DNA of 64,000 nucleotides. Origin: Haliotis rubra (lineage: Eukaryota). The notes under the pieces were generated by a model. The model saw only the letters and a list, made by a program, of their open reading frames with translations. It made no database searches and was not told the DNA's origin. The stretch is taken from assembly GCF_003918875.1 (NCBI RefSeq), contig NW_025767288.1, positions 558,001-622,000 on the forward strand, read 5' to 3'. The translations under genes were made by a program, and so were the position numbers. Below are positions 1 through 17,369 of the stretch, in pieces. Numbering within the stretch: position 1 is the stretch's first letter; each line of letters begins with the position of its first letter.

Positions 1-195
1 CAAAAACTCCGTGAGAGTTTGTTAGCTAATATATTTATAATGTAACCATAGTACTGAGCTTAAGATATGATTAACTTAAGCTAAATATATAATAACAAAC
101 TCCGTGAGAGTTGTTAGCTTACATATTGTATGATATAATAACCATAGTACTGAGCTTAAGATAATAAATTGAACTTAAGCAAAATATATATAGCA
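1..195. repeat. ~95-bp tandem repeat (2 copies visible) downstream of the DIRS recombinase region
   Basis: aactccgtgagag...aaccatagtactgagcttaagata...aacttaagc occurs at ~5 and again at ~98. Confidence 0.8.
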
Positions 196-3100
196 TGTAG
201 CTATTTAGTACTGTTATAAGATAAGTAAAATTCTGTAAGATGGACTTATCTTCTCCGAGGAACTGTCAACTGTTGTGCGAGGACCATGGGACCTAATAGG
301 TGGATACCTGAGACGCCCTCGGTGGTGATATCTCTCAGATAGTGGTTGGCAAACACCATATCGGATCTCCAGAAATAACCCTCCATTATTCCAAAAGCAT
401 TTGTGTAGAGCAATTGGAGATATTAGCTTCTAATATTATGAGGATTAGAAGCTCATGGAGGGTAGAGTCCTACAGTCTTGTAGGCACGTAGTATGACAGT
501 TCTGATCCAAAAGGAGATATAGTAGTACGCGGAGACTTCCGCTCATGTGAGCTTGATAAAGGAAATAAATCTCTTGCATTTTTCCCTCCTGTTTGGCCTC
601 GGTGGAGATATATTTTCAGTGCTATTACTGGCCATCGGATAGATTCATCGTATCATGGGGTTCAAGTATATCATCAAAGTTGTTCATAAACCTCACTTGT
701 GAGGTGTTGGAGCACTATATTCAGATCCCAAGTTGGAGCTGAACTTCCGCTTTAATCCTCCAATCGAAAGCTCGAGCAGGCGAAAGTAACTGGGTTAGGT
801 TAACTTGACGCTTCATTCTCAGTTATGATAGAGCTATTGCTGCAAGATAGGTGGACAAGCTGCTCTTTATAAAATCTTAGTCTGACGTAGATAACATAAG
901 TAGTCCGCCACTTGAGGATGAGTAGCATATCTAGCTGTAAATCCTTCCTTTGCAGCATAATTGACAAAACTGTGCCATTTGTCATCGTGATAAGTTGCCA
1001 GTTGAGTTACGCGAGGGCAAGTTAGACTGCTTTGTCGCCTGGCTGAATAACTTGTTATTCAGACACGCCTTTGATACAATCCATACGCGGAGTTGGAATA
1101 TATCTGGCTTTCCATGCTTTGTTATTCGAAAGCACTCTGTAAGGTGTAGTATTGGTTGTCCGATTTCTTGAATAAGAGTTGGAAACCACTTCCTCGCTGG
1201 TCAGTAGGTCGTGACCAAAATCAGATGGAGGCTCTGCTTTAGACTGATTTAGAGTAAACTTGTGAGATTAACGCTGGTGGCGGAAAAGCCGCACGCTGCT
1301 GAGACCTTCCCACGATATGCTTAGTGCGCCTGTTGCCAATGCTAGTGGGTCTGGAACTGGCGATACTTAATGTTGTCAGTTGTTTGTTGAATCGAATGGT
1401 AAATAGGTCTATTAGTGTAGTTCCTATTTCCTTGATAATTTGAGTGAATATCTCTGTATGGAGCATTCATTCTGTCGGGCGATGGTATGTGTGGTCGAGA
1501 GAGAGCGCCTGCTATCACATTCTTTGCTCCTGGAATGTGATATGCTCTGACATGTATGTTGAGATTGTTGATTAAATCGAACAATTGAAAACAGAGTCGA
1601 TATGTTCGGGACCTGGTTGAGCTTTAGTTTGTTCACATAAAACGCCACTGTCGAATTGACTGTGTGAATCATCCACTGGGTATACTGTAGTAAGTTGCTC
1701 CAGTGTATTAAGGCGTTTATTACTGCTTGCATCTCTAGCAGATTTATGTGTAATTGCTCTCTTGATTGCTCATAGCCCTGATGCCGCCCTGTTGGCAAGA
1801 TGGGCTCCCCTAACCTTATAGTGACACATCTACGAGAGAAGTGTTATCGATTCCAGCTCTATTAACGAGACGCCTATTCAAACATTCGATCTCTTGGTGC
1901 ATCATAGTAGATGAGGTTTGACCTGAACCGATGATTGAACGGTAGAGATTCGCCTAGATGCTAATTGCTGATGACTTGTAACGGATGTAATTGTAGTCTG
2001 CCTCTGTCTGTCATGTCTTGAGCTGAGCTGAAGTGCGAACCCCAACAGACTCTGTCACTGTCGAGTGGTAGTGGAGATAGTAAGGCTTGTGGAAATGACT
2101 GTTGATCTTGATCCATGGTCCTCCGTACAATTATACGATGATTCTGCGCCAAGCATAAATCAAAACCTAGAATAGCAGATCTTTGCGAAGGTTCTAGGTC
2201 CAACTTAAGTAGGTTTACTAACCATCTAGTTGTGTTAGTAGCTTGATGATGAATTCAACTGTAGTCTGAGACGCTATGGATTTGGATCCATTTGTATCCC
2301 GTCGCCGAGGTAAATTCGCTGGCGAAGTGCTTGACGATGTAGATGCATAACCAGGGTGACTGCCATCGCTGAACTTTATGTAAAAAAAAATCGCCTGACT
2401 GCCGTGGTCCTCGCCTTTACTTGACAGGGAGGTCTCTAACCTCAAGAAGGCAGCCCAATCATGAAGGTTTAGATTAGCTGGACTGTAAGGAGGCTTGCTC
2501 GCTCACTGATATATTGTTGTCACTTGCAACCTATGTGTTGAACTGTGAACTATGATCGACCTTCGCGCGAGGGCGCTGTCCATCTCGGTCCAATCAGAAC
2601 AAGGCATTTTGATTCTGTAGAGTACCCGCTGTGACGCCACCGTGTATCAGGAAAGGAACCTTGTATAATATAGTGCCGCTGCTGATATTAGAACAATCGC
2701 CGGTCTTCACCGTAACTTCCCGGTTACCCGAAAGTGACCACGTGTTTCGAGGGTTGATGGTAAACGCTGAAACCTCCGCCAAATACCTCGCCTGTAATAT
2801 TAATGCTGGATAAGTTATTTTCCAGGTTGTCGAAAGTAACTTCAGTCTTGAAGATAATTCGACTTCCTTATATAAGGTTCAATAACCTTGCAAGTTGTCA
2901 GCTTGTAGACTGTTAAAGCTGAACTTGTTGTACATATTACTTCTGAGGAAATCGCTGACGATTATGAGTTTTACTCGCTGTAACAAGACTGCTGTTCAAT
3001 TTCGCTTTGAATTGTCTGCAGATCTGGCGAATGGTCACGCATGTAGATAATCGTGATCGTAGTAGGTAGTCGGCTTGAAGATCCCTAATTAGGCTCTTCA

Positions 3101-5140
3101 TCCGCTGATAAATTAATACAGCGACGTTGTGTGTTGTAAATAGCCTGTGCAATTGTCTTCGCAGAGGCTTGTAGACGCATATGGCTTACAGTTGATAAAC
3201 AACTCATGTGATGTCTTGAACGGACTGACGAAAGTGGCTATATATGACGAAAGTGGCTAGTATATGGAGACCTTTGAGGAGACTTCCTCGGCTAACTGGA
3301 CTTCGCTAAGATCTCAAGTAACGCTTCTAGATCTTCTGGGTGAAGTAGACTTGAGCCACTTAGCCTTCGCGACCTTCGCGAAAGTATCGAGTCAGAGATT
3401 AATATATGAGCTTTGCTTCGCGAATCCACCTCTGTGTTCTACAGGGTGTGGGCTCGGCGCTAAGCCTTCTCCGCTGATGTCCCTCTCAATTGGTGAGGCT
3501 GTAGCTCCTTCGCTGAGGCGCCTGGGACTTCCTTAGCCGGCGTCTAGAGTCCGATCTTAAATGATACCATCGCCTTCCTCTGACGATGGTCGATGTCGGA
3601 GACCTCGATCTGTAAGAAGATCTATGTGAGGACTGAGGAGAACGGACTGACGATTGGCTAGTGTATGTAGACCTTGGAGAAGACATCCTTCTGAAACTGT
3701 GGGCTTCGAGAACGGTGATGGCTTCACCGACGCCTGGGCTTCTCGAACGCTGAGGGCTGCGCTAACGCCTTCTAGGCGCTAGAACCACTTAGCCTTAGCC
3801 TTCGCCTTGGCGCCAATGTCTGGAGTCAGTGTCCGATCCGACATATGAGTGCTTGCTTTGCTATAACTCTTCGTGACATGACAAGGTGCGCTAGGCGAAG
3901 CACTCCTTCTCCGCACAAGCCTCTTGCAAAGGGTCAGACTCTAGCTCCTTCTCGGAGGCGCCTGGGATACCTTATGCAAAGAGCTCACCCGGCAGGGTTG
4001 CTTCTCGCGGAGGAGGCTGGGCCTATGGGCTCAGGGCTCTCTACGCTGAAGTCAAGGCGGCTCTGGGGCCCTGTATGACTTAGTATGGGGTGGGCTCTGG
4101 GGCCCGTGGCTCTGAGGCCTCTGTAAGCCGTGAACGGTCTTCCATCAGCCTCATGATTTGGTTGACCAGGTCGCCTGGGATGGTCTCTGCGCTGGCGCTG
4201 AGGGTGTCCTCTGTGATAGTGACGGACCCTCAGTTATAATCTCCGGCGCCAGCGTAGGCATCTCTGATTGCATGTTGATTCGCGCTGAAGTGACGGTAGC
4301 CGCACTGGTCACTTCTTATGACATACATCTGGAATGATAATCGAAATGTCATCATCATATAAACATAATTCTGAATATCAGAAGCAAAGTTTTTAGTAGT
4401 CTTCGTGGATTTCCCTTTGACGAGGCTGTAGACCTGGGGCTCGGAGCATACGCTGAGACGACGTGGAAGTTCTTCTAGTTTTATACTGTGATGAAGGAAC
4501 GCCCTGGGAATCAGGTCGCTTCTAGATATAGCGGACTGCGCCCCACGCTTTATCCCCGAAGGTAACTCAGGATATATCTGACTCGATCTATTAGCCATGA
4601 CTGAAGATTGTTTCTAGAGATTTATCTGCCTTCCGCCCTCAAAACGGAACATAAATATTTATCAAAGGCAGAAATTGGTAAATTAATATATAATTTACAA
4701 CAAGAAACAATAGAACATGGAGTAATGCAACTAGGGCATTTTAAATGTGGATCGGTAGCAGAGTAACGTAATTTACAAACAGTGCAGATTTTATTAACGC
4801 AAACTGTTGAGCAACACGGCTAACCGTGAATCAAGCAGCAGAAACACTAATAATTATCAATGCATGTTGAATAATGATACTAGTTACACCTCTATAGATG
4901 AATATAAGAGGTAACAAACTAAATATAAATAAAGGATATAGTGTGCAGGGAGACACAGGTGCTCTCACGCCTTGCTCACTGGGCTAAGAAGGAGAGAGTG
5001 AGGCACATGGGTTCAGGTGGCTCTCGCTCCTCGCCGCGCTTGTGGAAGGGAGGTAACTCGTGGTCAGTACTAATGAGTGATTTTTATTGAAGGAACTTCA
5101 ATTGGGAGATACAAGTGTTCCACTAGGTTCGCCAGAAGAA
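1..5140 (-). mobile_element. Degenerate DIRS1-like tyrosine-recombinase retrotransposon (gag-RT-RNaseH-MT-YR) in an intron of RSPH10B; runs off the left edge
   Basis: Frameshifted minus-strand motifs lie in DIRS order. Arg/Ser-rich gag-like region ~3250-4600. RT remnants IYLGDG (~2295-2315; cf. YLDD) and LEPSQRSAILGFDL (~2155-2200). RNase H HINLLEMQAVINAL (~1710-1750) and HIPGAKNVIAGALSR (~1495-1540). Methyltransferase-like IDLFTIRFNKQL...AFPPPALI (1270-1415). Recombinase NPHNIRS (HxxR, ~426-446) and FWRSDMVFANHYLRDI (~328-375). Many stops and frameshifts. The right boundary is approximate. Confidence 0.9.
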
Positions 5141-5409
5141 GAAGACAAGCAAATAAACATGAGTCAGGATAGCAACCCATGAAAAATAAATCGATGCTCA
5201 TGATGCTGATCACTGGATTGTCTGGTCCAGACTCGATTATGAAAGACCGCAGAGCTGGAATATTGCTGAGTGTGGCGTTAAACAACATTCAATCAATTCC
5301 AGGCGTACTTTCAAAAGTATCTGTGTAGCATATCTTAAACGACACATTGGCAACAACCAAATTATATCAAATCATTAAGAAAGGATCACTCTCATTGTCC
5401 GTCACACAC

Positions 5410-9830
<4,421 letters not shown>

Positions 9831-10068
9831 GTTGAATCCAATGAAGCTGTCAACAAATGCAGTACCGCACTGAATGGTTTAGAGTAGTAACGAAATATAA
9901 ATAACCTAGAAATCTGATTATTATATTATATTCACGTGTATATATATTTATTTATTTATTTATGACATTATTTGAGTATCACCAACACAGCCGAACAAAT
10001 ATTAAATGTTTTTCGTGTTTTTGTTGAAAAGTTGAGTACGAACCCGCAGTAAAAATTCAAGATGGCGG
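9831..10068. promoter_or_regulatory. Probable bidirectional promoter between RSPH10B and SLC66A3, with a YY1-type motif CAAGATGGCGG over the SLC66A3 start
   Basis: Divergent start codons at 9830 (-) and 10062 (+) have only 231 bp between them; caagatggcgg at 10058-10068. Confidence 0.65.
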
Positions 10069-13000
10069 TGGAAGCGTCTGCTAATCTACAGTTCATGTGC
10101 AATATTTTAAGTTTAACTGTCATTGTAGCATGTGTGATTCTTAAAGTACCTCAGATTATATCTGTTTTCAACTCCAAGAGTGTTAGAGGTATAAGCTTTA
10201 GCAGCGTCATGTTGGAAACATGTGGGTAAGACATACTGACACAGACCTAGTTTAGTGACGAGGTACAACTACAAGATCTGATTTGGAGCACTGACCAGTT
10301 TAAGATAGATAAAACCTGAGCCTTAACCTGGGAGTGGTAGCCTAACAAATGTGAATAACATCCGATTGACCTTATATTTCTATTCAGCAATGTTAATTTA
10401 CAGAGTCTTGGTCAGTTTACCGGATACTATCGATGGCAGTGATACCCTTTTCTCATTGTGAATGTGACAAACTGACAATGTATACATGGTATAGCAGCTG
10501 TCAATCAGTGGTTGTGCATGTAATTTGGCATGTTATATACACCTCTTAAGCATCCTGCAATCTAGCTGTTGGTGTTATCTCTCTCATTACAAATTACTTC
10601 CTGATACACTGACAATTGGGATTACATTTGTCATATGCACCAGTCATATGTATACATAGACTTTTAAAACTTGATTTGTTTTTGCTAATTATTTTATATT
10701 ATATTTTATATTATTTGCTGATTGTATCAAAGAGAAATAAGGTTCATGAGAATAATAAACAGCAAATGATAATGTCTTACAATGTTCCTGTTATTTTAGA
10801 TGGAACGGATAGAAATTTAAGGTAATCCCACTATGATCAAAACAAACAGCTCATAGGTTTAGTGGCTTTATCAAAACAACACAAACCATACTATAAGATG
10901 ACATCACAATCAAGAAGTATTACACCTGCGATGTCATATAGCAACAGAATCAATAGCAACCTGTCATCAGAGATTTGAGGGCTGCTGTCAAGTTGCGATG
11001 GCACGCAGACTTCTGATAACAAGTAGCCTTTTTAATTCTATTTCTAACCATTATCAATATGAAATGAAATAGTTCACTTGGTCTTCGATGGTAAAACTGG
11101 CCAACTTAACAGTGCATGTCTTGAGCATATGCACTGTTAGGCCTACCCCTGAACAAATGGGATTGTTTCACACTGCCATTTCAAAGGTAAAAAAATATGG
11201 TACAATCCCCAAGGCCATTTATTATATCAGATATTGTAATATTTCCTCTATTTTTCAGATATTCCATCATGCTGACTTACCACTTCGCCATGCAGTATCC
11301 ACTGTCAACATACTTCGAGTACACATTCTTGGTGCTGCAAGGTATTCAGAAACAGTCTTGAAATAACATACAAGCTTTCTTACCTAAGTCTCTTATTAGA
11401 AGAGAGTAAAAAATAGCTATTGGGTTAAATCAGGTTTGCCAAAACAATGTTCAATATATAAAATAGAATCTAATATATATGTACACATTTAAATTACTCA
11501 TTAAGTCTATAAAATACACCTAGTTGAATACTTCTGTAACTATATCAGAAGTTACAGTGTTACACAATATTAAGACAATTATGCAATGAGCAAGAAGACA
11601 TACTGTAGGTATTTTTAAGTAAATATGACCCGGTAAATTCAATATATATGGAGTATTCTAAAAGTGAATCAGTCAGTGGACATAAGGTGTTATAATTCTC
11701 AGCTTGTTATATTCTGAAGCTTGTGATGGGAGTTGACCTTTGGTCATGTGGACAAGGCGTCTGACTTTGGATCGGAAGTTCCTTGGTTCGAATCCCTGAA
11801 CGGGACTCAGACATTTTATGGCTGCTCATATGTATTTTTCTAATTGTAAATCACTTGCAGCTCATTTTAACAATTTCTGTTTCAGATTTAACATTAGTTA
11901 CCCTGCTGCTACACTACAGTGGTAAATTGCAAGTTAAAATTCTTCCGTGGTTTGCAGTGTATCCTTGAGTTGTTGATGGATTTTTGTGGTTGTTGGGGAC
12001 CGTTCATAATTTATGGCAAAGGGTGTGTGTGAAGGGGTGATGATGATTTTGATGGAGAAACATGTACAATGTGAATGACACCCCCCCCCCCTAAAATTTA
12101 TGTACAAAGTAAGTGACCCCCCTGCATGTCATGTACAAAATCCTGAACCCCCTGTCCCTCCCGAATTTTCTTAGCATAATTATTTAATATGTATGTGTAC
12201 AAAATTGCTCACCCTCCCAAGTACATATGTACAAAATTGATGACTGCCCCTACCTCCACAGAAAACAATTGTTGACCCCCTCCTTAAAATCTACATCACC
12301 CCCGCCCCTAGCCATAAATTATGAACAGTCCCTTAGTCTCTTGGTGTTGTCTTTATTGAATGGATTTCTGTACATGTTTGTTTGTTTGTTTGTTTTTAAA
12401 TGATGGAGATACAGGTATGACCTGGTACTGCTACCTCCCTCTTATTACCCATGATAGAATTAAATAGTGATTAATTAATGGTATTTATGTTCCATTAGCC
12501 ATCTTAACTTTAGTTCAGCTAATGGATTTGATGGTCAGATTCAGTGACTTATGACTGTATGTCACTGTATAACTCAGATCAAGTTTGTTCACCCAGCAGA
12601 AAATGGGTACCTGGTGGTATAAGTCATTTGACTATTATTAACCTTTTAACACCTCACAGGCAGCTTGGGTTATCCGGGGTAATAATGTCCATCATATTGT
12701 ATGCGCTTAGAGCATGTCCCTGCAGCGTTGAGTTCAGCGCTATGGAAGTGGCCAGTTATTATTATTTTTATTGATGCTTTGATGTCAATCACAGGATTGT
12801 CTGGTCCCACATCTCATTTTATATCTGAACTGTTGCTGGCTGTGCAAACAAACAAATGAACTTTGACATCAAGATTTATCACCATTTCTAAACAAGCTAA
12901 ACATCAGTCTTGTCCAGACTATATGTAAGAAAAGCTTGATCCAATAATTTTTGGCACAATATTTTAGGGCATCTTCTGATATTAGTCATGATGAAAAGTT

Positions 13001-14731
13001 ATGATCACTCATTTTTAGTCTTTGAAATGATAATGTATATATGTTTGCTTGTGACTTCAATCATCACAGGTATTTAGAGCAACCCATATAAGAGAATGGT
13101 AATGATGAGGTGTAATGTAAATTTAAGCCTGTTAATGTCTCACAGCTGTGGTGCTGTAGGGTAGCGTAGTGGTTAAAGTGTTCGTTCGTCATGCTGAAGG
13201 CCTGGGTTCGATTCCCCACATGGGTACAATGTTTGGAGCCCATTTCTGGTGTCCCCCGCGGTGATATTGCTGGAATATTGCTAAAAGNNNNNNNNNNNNN
13301 NNNNNNNNNNNNNNNNNNNNNNNNNNNNNNNNNNNNNNNNNNNNNNNNNNNNNNNNNNNNNNNNNNNNNNNNNNNNNNNNNNNNNNNNNNNNNNNNNNNN
13401 NNNNNNNNNNNNNNNNNNNNNNNCAAGAAAAGATAACAAGGAATTCTTGTTCACTGTTTTCCTCTACTTCTGCTTTTCTTTTTCTTCTGTTTCTTCCCTG
13501 AGCTGATGATTATTTGTCTTAATTTTTTATGCTTGATGTGTCTGTATTTTCCTTATCTTTTTGCAGCTATTTTGTAGTGAGCAGTTCTTTTGCTTTCAGA
13601 TTTGTGCCTGATGTTGTTTTGCAGTTGGCCATTGTGAGTTGCATTCATGGGAGATAACTCTTCCATTCATGTTTTTGCTGGCATACTCGGGGATAATTTA
13701 ATGTATGGTTGCATTCAAAGAGCTGTGTTAGACTTCCTCATTCAAAGGGGGAAGTATGGCATAATTTAAATAACATAAATATAACAGTTTGTTGAGTGTA
13801 AAACCTATATACCTATATCAAGTAATTTTATGTTGAATGAATGTGCTGGTTTGTATTCTTTTAAGGGTTCTGGTCTACCACTGTCAGTCGGTAGCAAAGT
13901 GATGCAGATATACTCAATAGTGAGTAAACAGGACCCTGGACAAGTGAGTGCTGTCACATGGGGAATGGCTTTCTATACAACCATGGGTAAGTGGTGGTGT
14001 AGGGGCTTTTACAAGTTACGAGATCAATCATAATTTAATAGTAACATTTGGATTCTGGGTTTGATCAGGGCCATGTTGGACACAATGCTCTTAGCAAAAT
14101 ATAGTGAGCCCATGTTAAAGAATGGGAGTTATGATCTCCTTGGCACTTAGATAGCTTTTTGCAATGGGGTGCTGGTCCCTTGCAGCCTATGCTTGTTATA
14201 CCAGGAGGCTGAATCGATGGTGATGTCAGGCGGTGGAACTTCGTTGATTGTTTGGCATTCTACCTGACTGTCAGGGGATGTTGCTTATTTTCAGTCACTG
14301 GATTGTCTGGATAATTTATAAACACTGAACATTAAGCACACTTGATGTCATAGCCAGAAAGCATGGACTAATTATCACACTATCAGCTACTGTTGGTTCA
14401 CTTGAAACCAGACACATTGCTGGTTGCTAACCAAATAAGTAATACACTATCTTTTAAAAAAGCAAATGTTATATAGAATAGTACATTGTGGCATTTAAGT
14501 CAAAATGATGAATGTTCCATAATTTAATCTTTATTTTTGATCATAATAGACTGCCAGCTTACAAAGGTATGTGGTCATATGTTGTATATTTCAGCGCGAA
14601 GTGTGACAACTCTTGTCCTGACAGGAGACATCACAGTGTTGACCAATTTTGCCCTCAGCTGTCTCCTCAACCTGACACTGATGCTGCTGGTCATTTACTA
14701 CAGGAGGATCAGCAAGAAGAAGCTCTATTAG
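10062..14731 (+). CDS. SLC66A3: PQ-loop repeat-containing protein 3 / solute carrier family 66 member 3 (214 aa, complete)
   Basis: Exons 10062-10225, 11259-11341, 11886-11958, 13567-13633, 13866-13986 and 14595-14731 total 645 nt in frame, ending TAG. Product: MAVEASANLQFMCNILSLTVIVACVILKVPQIISVFNSKSVRGISFSSVMLETCGYSIMLTYHFAMQYPLSTYFEYTFLVLQDLTLVTLLLHYSGK...GSKVMQIYSIVSKQDPGQVSAVTWGMAFYTTMARSVTTLVLTGD...YYRRISKKKLY. The LKVPQI PQ-loop and VSAxTW motifs match PQLC3 as I recall it. Confidence 0.92.
11735..11810 (+). pseudogene. tRNA-Arg-like pseudogene or head of a tRNA-derived SINE
   Basis: tggacaaggcgtctgactttggatcggaag...ggttcgaatccc resembles tRNA-Arg(TCG) and has a B box, but the acceptor stem is poor. 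A related element lies on the minus strand at ~59875-60008. Confidence 0.55.
11996..12332. mobile_element. PIF/Harbinger-like MITE, same family as 5673-5966
   Basis: TIRs gggaccgttcataatttatggc ... gccataaattatgaacagtccc. Confidence 0.8.
13150..13287 (+). mobile_element. tRNA-derived SINE family A, truncated by an assembly gap
   Basis: A box (tagcgtagtgg), B box (ggttcgattcc) and family body; followed by the N run. Confidence 0.85.
13288..13423. other. Assembly gap (N run)
   Basis: Run of N. Confidence 0.99.
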
Positions 14732-15404
14732 GATTACTATTGAATCCTGCATGAGCAGGATATTTGTTAAGTCAGGAGAAAGATAGGACACACTGGGGTT
14801 TTAAGTCAAGTAGATATGTTTCTTAAAAACATGTTTTAGGCCTTATGTTATGCCATATTTCTTATGTAGCGTTTCTGTTTCATTCTCGGAAGAAACTTTG
14901 GTATGTGATCAGGTGAGCTTCAGGCCCACATGTTGATATGATGGTCTAAGAATGTTTGAAAACCGATTAGTTTGTGGCTGTCAAAATGAAATCAAGATTT
15001 GTTTGTGCAACTTTTTAAATTATGTATTTGGTGTGAGCGGGATGTTTAGTATTTTAACTACGACATTTACATGTGTTTTCCATGTGTAATTTAAGAAAAA
15101 CCTATGTATCTCTTTTTGAAGACTATTTTCTAGAATACCTCAGGAGATACATTTTGTAAAATGACCAAACATCCATGTTTTGATATTCTTTATCATATAC
15201 ATGTGTTGGACGTCAAGTGTCTCAGCATGGAACATGCAAACATGCTAAATAATTGTAAGGGTAACATATTTCAGAGCATTATTATGTGCAGAATGTAGAG
15301 GAAATAAGAAATTTTACTGTGTGCTTTGACATGCCAGAAGCCTATGATTGTGGGATCAAGTCCTGTTTGCCAGGATTATGTTTCTAAGTTTGTCAGCACC
15401 ATAC

Positions 15405-15612
15405 CCTAGTCTGCCTCACAGTCCCTGAACCACATTATTTTCCCTAATGCCTAACCATCCCTGCAATGCTAAAGTCCTAAATGAAGCAAGTCTAGATTTC
15501 CCCAGGTTCCTGAATCTCCCAACTCACTGGGGTTCCTTTTCAATTTAAATGAATTTGTTTGTTTCTATCAAAATTACTAGTATATATATTCAGGGACTAA
15601 ACGTTAGTGTAG
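15405..15612 (+). mobile_element. ~200-bp interspersed repeat family with ctag-like ends; other copies at ~25783-25890, 28029-28228 (reverse), 33985-34175 (reverse) and 40355-40514
   Basis: Shared core aagcaagtctagatttcc(t/c)caggttc...ctcctttTCAAtt...tatatattcag(a/g)gact in all copies. Confidence 0.75.
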
Positions 15613-16934
15613 CTACACCATACCCTTGCTCCTGAAGCTCTCTAACCTGGTAAACATTACTTTAGGCTTTCCTCTCACATGAAACATGTTGTGATATAAC
15701 TGGAATGCTGTTCAAGTCACTCATTCATTCACCCTCTAGGATTTTACAGAAAATGTTTCTTCAGGTGTCACTAATGTCTCCGATATGTGTCAAGATGAGA
15801 TCAATGTCATATGAAGATATTTCCAAGTTTGGATGATATGGAAATAAGTCATAGAGGTACTTAACTATATTCCAAGTGTATACAGGTATGTGTGTTTTGC
15901 ATTCCCCATAGGTGCAATCATCTCGTGCTCAGTCAGTATTATTACTCTAATATTTTGTGACAGTTTATTGACGTATTACATCTATGGAAGGTGCTATGTA
16001 TATTGTATTCAAAGGTACATGTATATTTTAATATTCTGCATTGGTATTTCACTTTTGTTCATCCAGACATTGAAGTGTTAGGACATGACATCAACTTTGT
16101 ACAGTAGGTTTACTAACATGGCATTGTACTTATTTTTGTATTAGTGTACACTCTGTATTGGTAAAAGAAGGTTTCCGCTTCAAAACTGTATTTGATGGGT
16201 TATATCCTGCTAGCCCACTGAAACGAAACTGTGAGAATCCATGCGCAGATAAACATGTATACCCCCTCTCAGATAAATTACAGACAGGCAAGGGGCCGAT
16301 ACCTATCATATTTAGCGGCTATTGTATGACTCGGGCAGGGAAGTTACCACCACCCTTTTTATATTTGAGACTTAAACACATTGCCTAAATCCTTTAAAAA
16401 TTCGTAATTATAGTGGAACACATAGAAACAGGCCTCTTTGTTATCCAAAATTTATTATGGACCGGCCATAAGTTATCGGGTACAGATTCATCATTTTATG
16501 TGGTAAAATGATCACAAGGTTCTGTACATGCAAGATTGGTATAATCTTCTTGCGTAACTCTTTGTTTAATGATGAGAACAAAATGAGAGTTATAATTGAA
16601 TATAGACTGTATCATTGTGTGGAAAGGGGTGCTAGGTCCGGGTACACGTTCACTATTAGCATCGTCCTGGAAATCCACGGTGGAATTCACCAAAGTGATA
16701 AACAGCGGCGTACTATCCAACTCACCCATTTTAAATCACACCCTGACCAAGTGTACCGTTGTTGGTTCGCAGTTTCCGCTGTTGAGCAAGGGAGTGTCTC
16801 ATAGTGTACGCTATCACCCAACGCTATACACTAAAGCTTATGCTCAAATCACCGGAGTTTGTGAATTTGTGCGTGTGGTAAGATGAAACTTTGTTGATTG
16901 TCGTCGTACCCCGAAGGCGTATAGTGCGGGTCGT

Positions 16935-17100
16935 AGTGAGTGAGTGAGTTTAGTTTTACGCCGCTTTTAGCAGTATTCCAGCAATATCACAGCCGGGGAC
17001 GCCAGAAATGGGTTTCACACATTGTACCCATGTGGGGAATCGAACCCAGGTCTTCGGCGAGACGAGACAACGCTTTAACCACTAGGCTACCCCACGGCTC
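16935..17100 (-). mobile_element. tRNA-derived SINE family A (a more decayed copy follows at ~17185-17315)
   Basis: Reverse complement of the family consensus with its (CACT)n tail. Confidence 0.88.
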
Positions 17101-17363
17101 ATAATATCAATCACTGGTTTGTGTAGTCCAGAGTGTGGGATGTACATGTCGACGTCACGTAGTTGGTGTTGAGTTAATGCTTTCTGGAATATTCCAGCAA
17201 TATCACAGCCAGGGACACCAGAAATTGTTTCACACATTGTGCCGATGTTGAGAATCGAGCCGAGTTTTCGGCGTGACGAGCGAATGCTTTCACCACAAGA
17301 CTACCCCACAGCCCCAAAAGACAACAGAAAACACGGAAGCTAATGTGTGAAGAAAGTTAGCAC

Positions 17364-17369
17364 TTTATT
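17364..17369 (-). promoter_or_regulatory. Candidate polyadenylation signal (AATAAA) of the adhesion GPCR, implying a ~3.1-kb 3' UTR
   Basis: tttatt on the + strand at the left edge of a SINE-free, UTR-like stretch that runs back to the stop codon at 20490. No transcript evidence is available. Confidence 0.4.

Larger units (their letters stand above)
11959..13566 (+). other. U12-type (minor spliceosome) GT-AG intron 3 of SLC66A3
   Basis: The 5' site GTATCCTT matches the U12 consensus exactly. A branch-like TTTTCCTTATC lies at 13547-13557, ~11 nt before the AG. Only this donor keeps exon 4 in frame. Confidence 0.8.
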
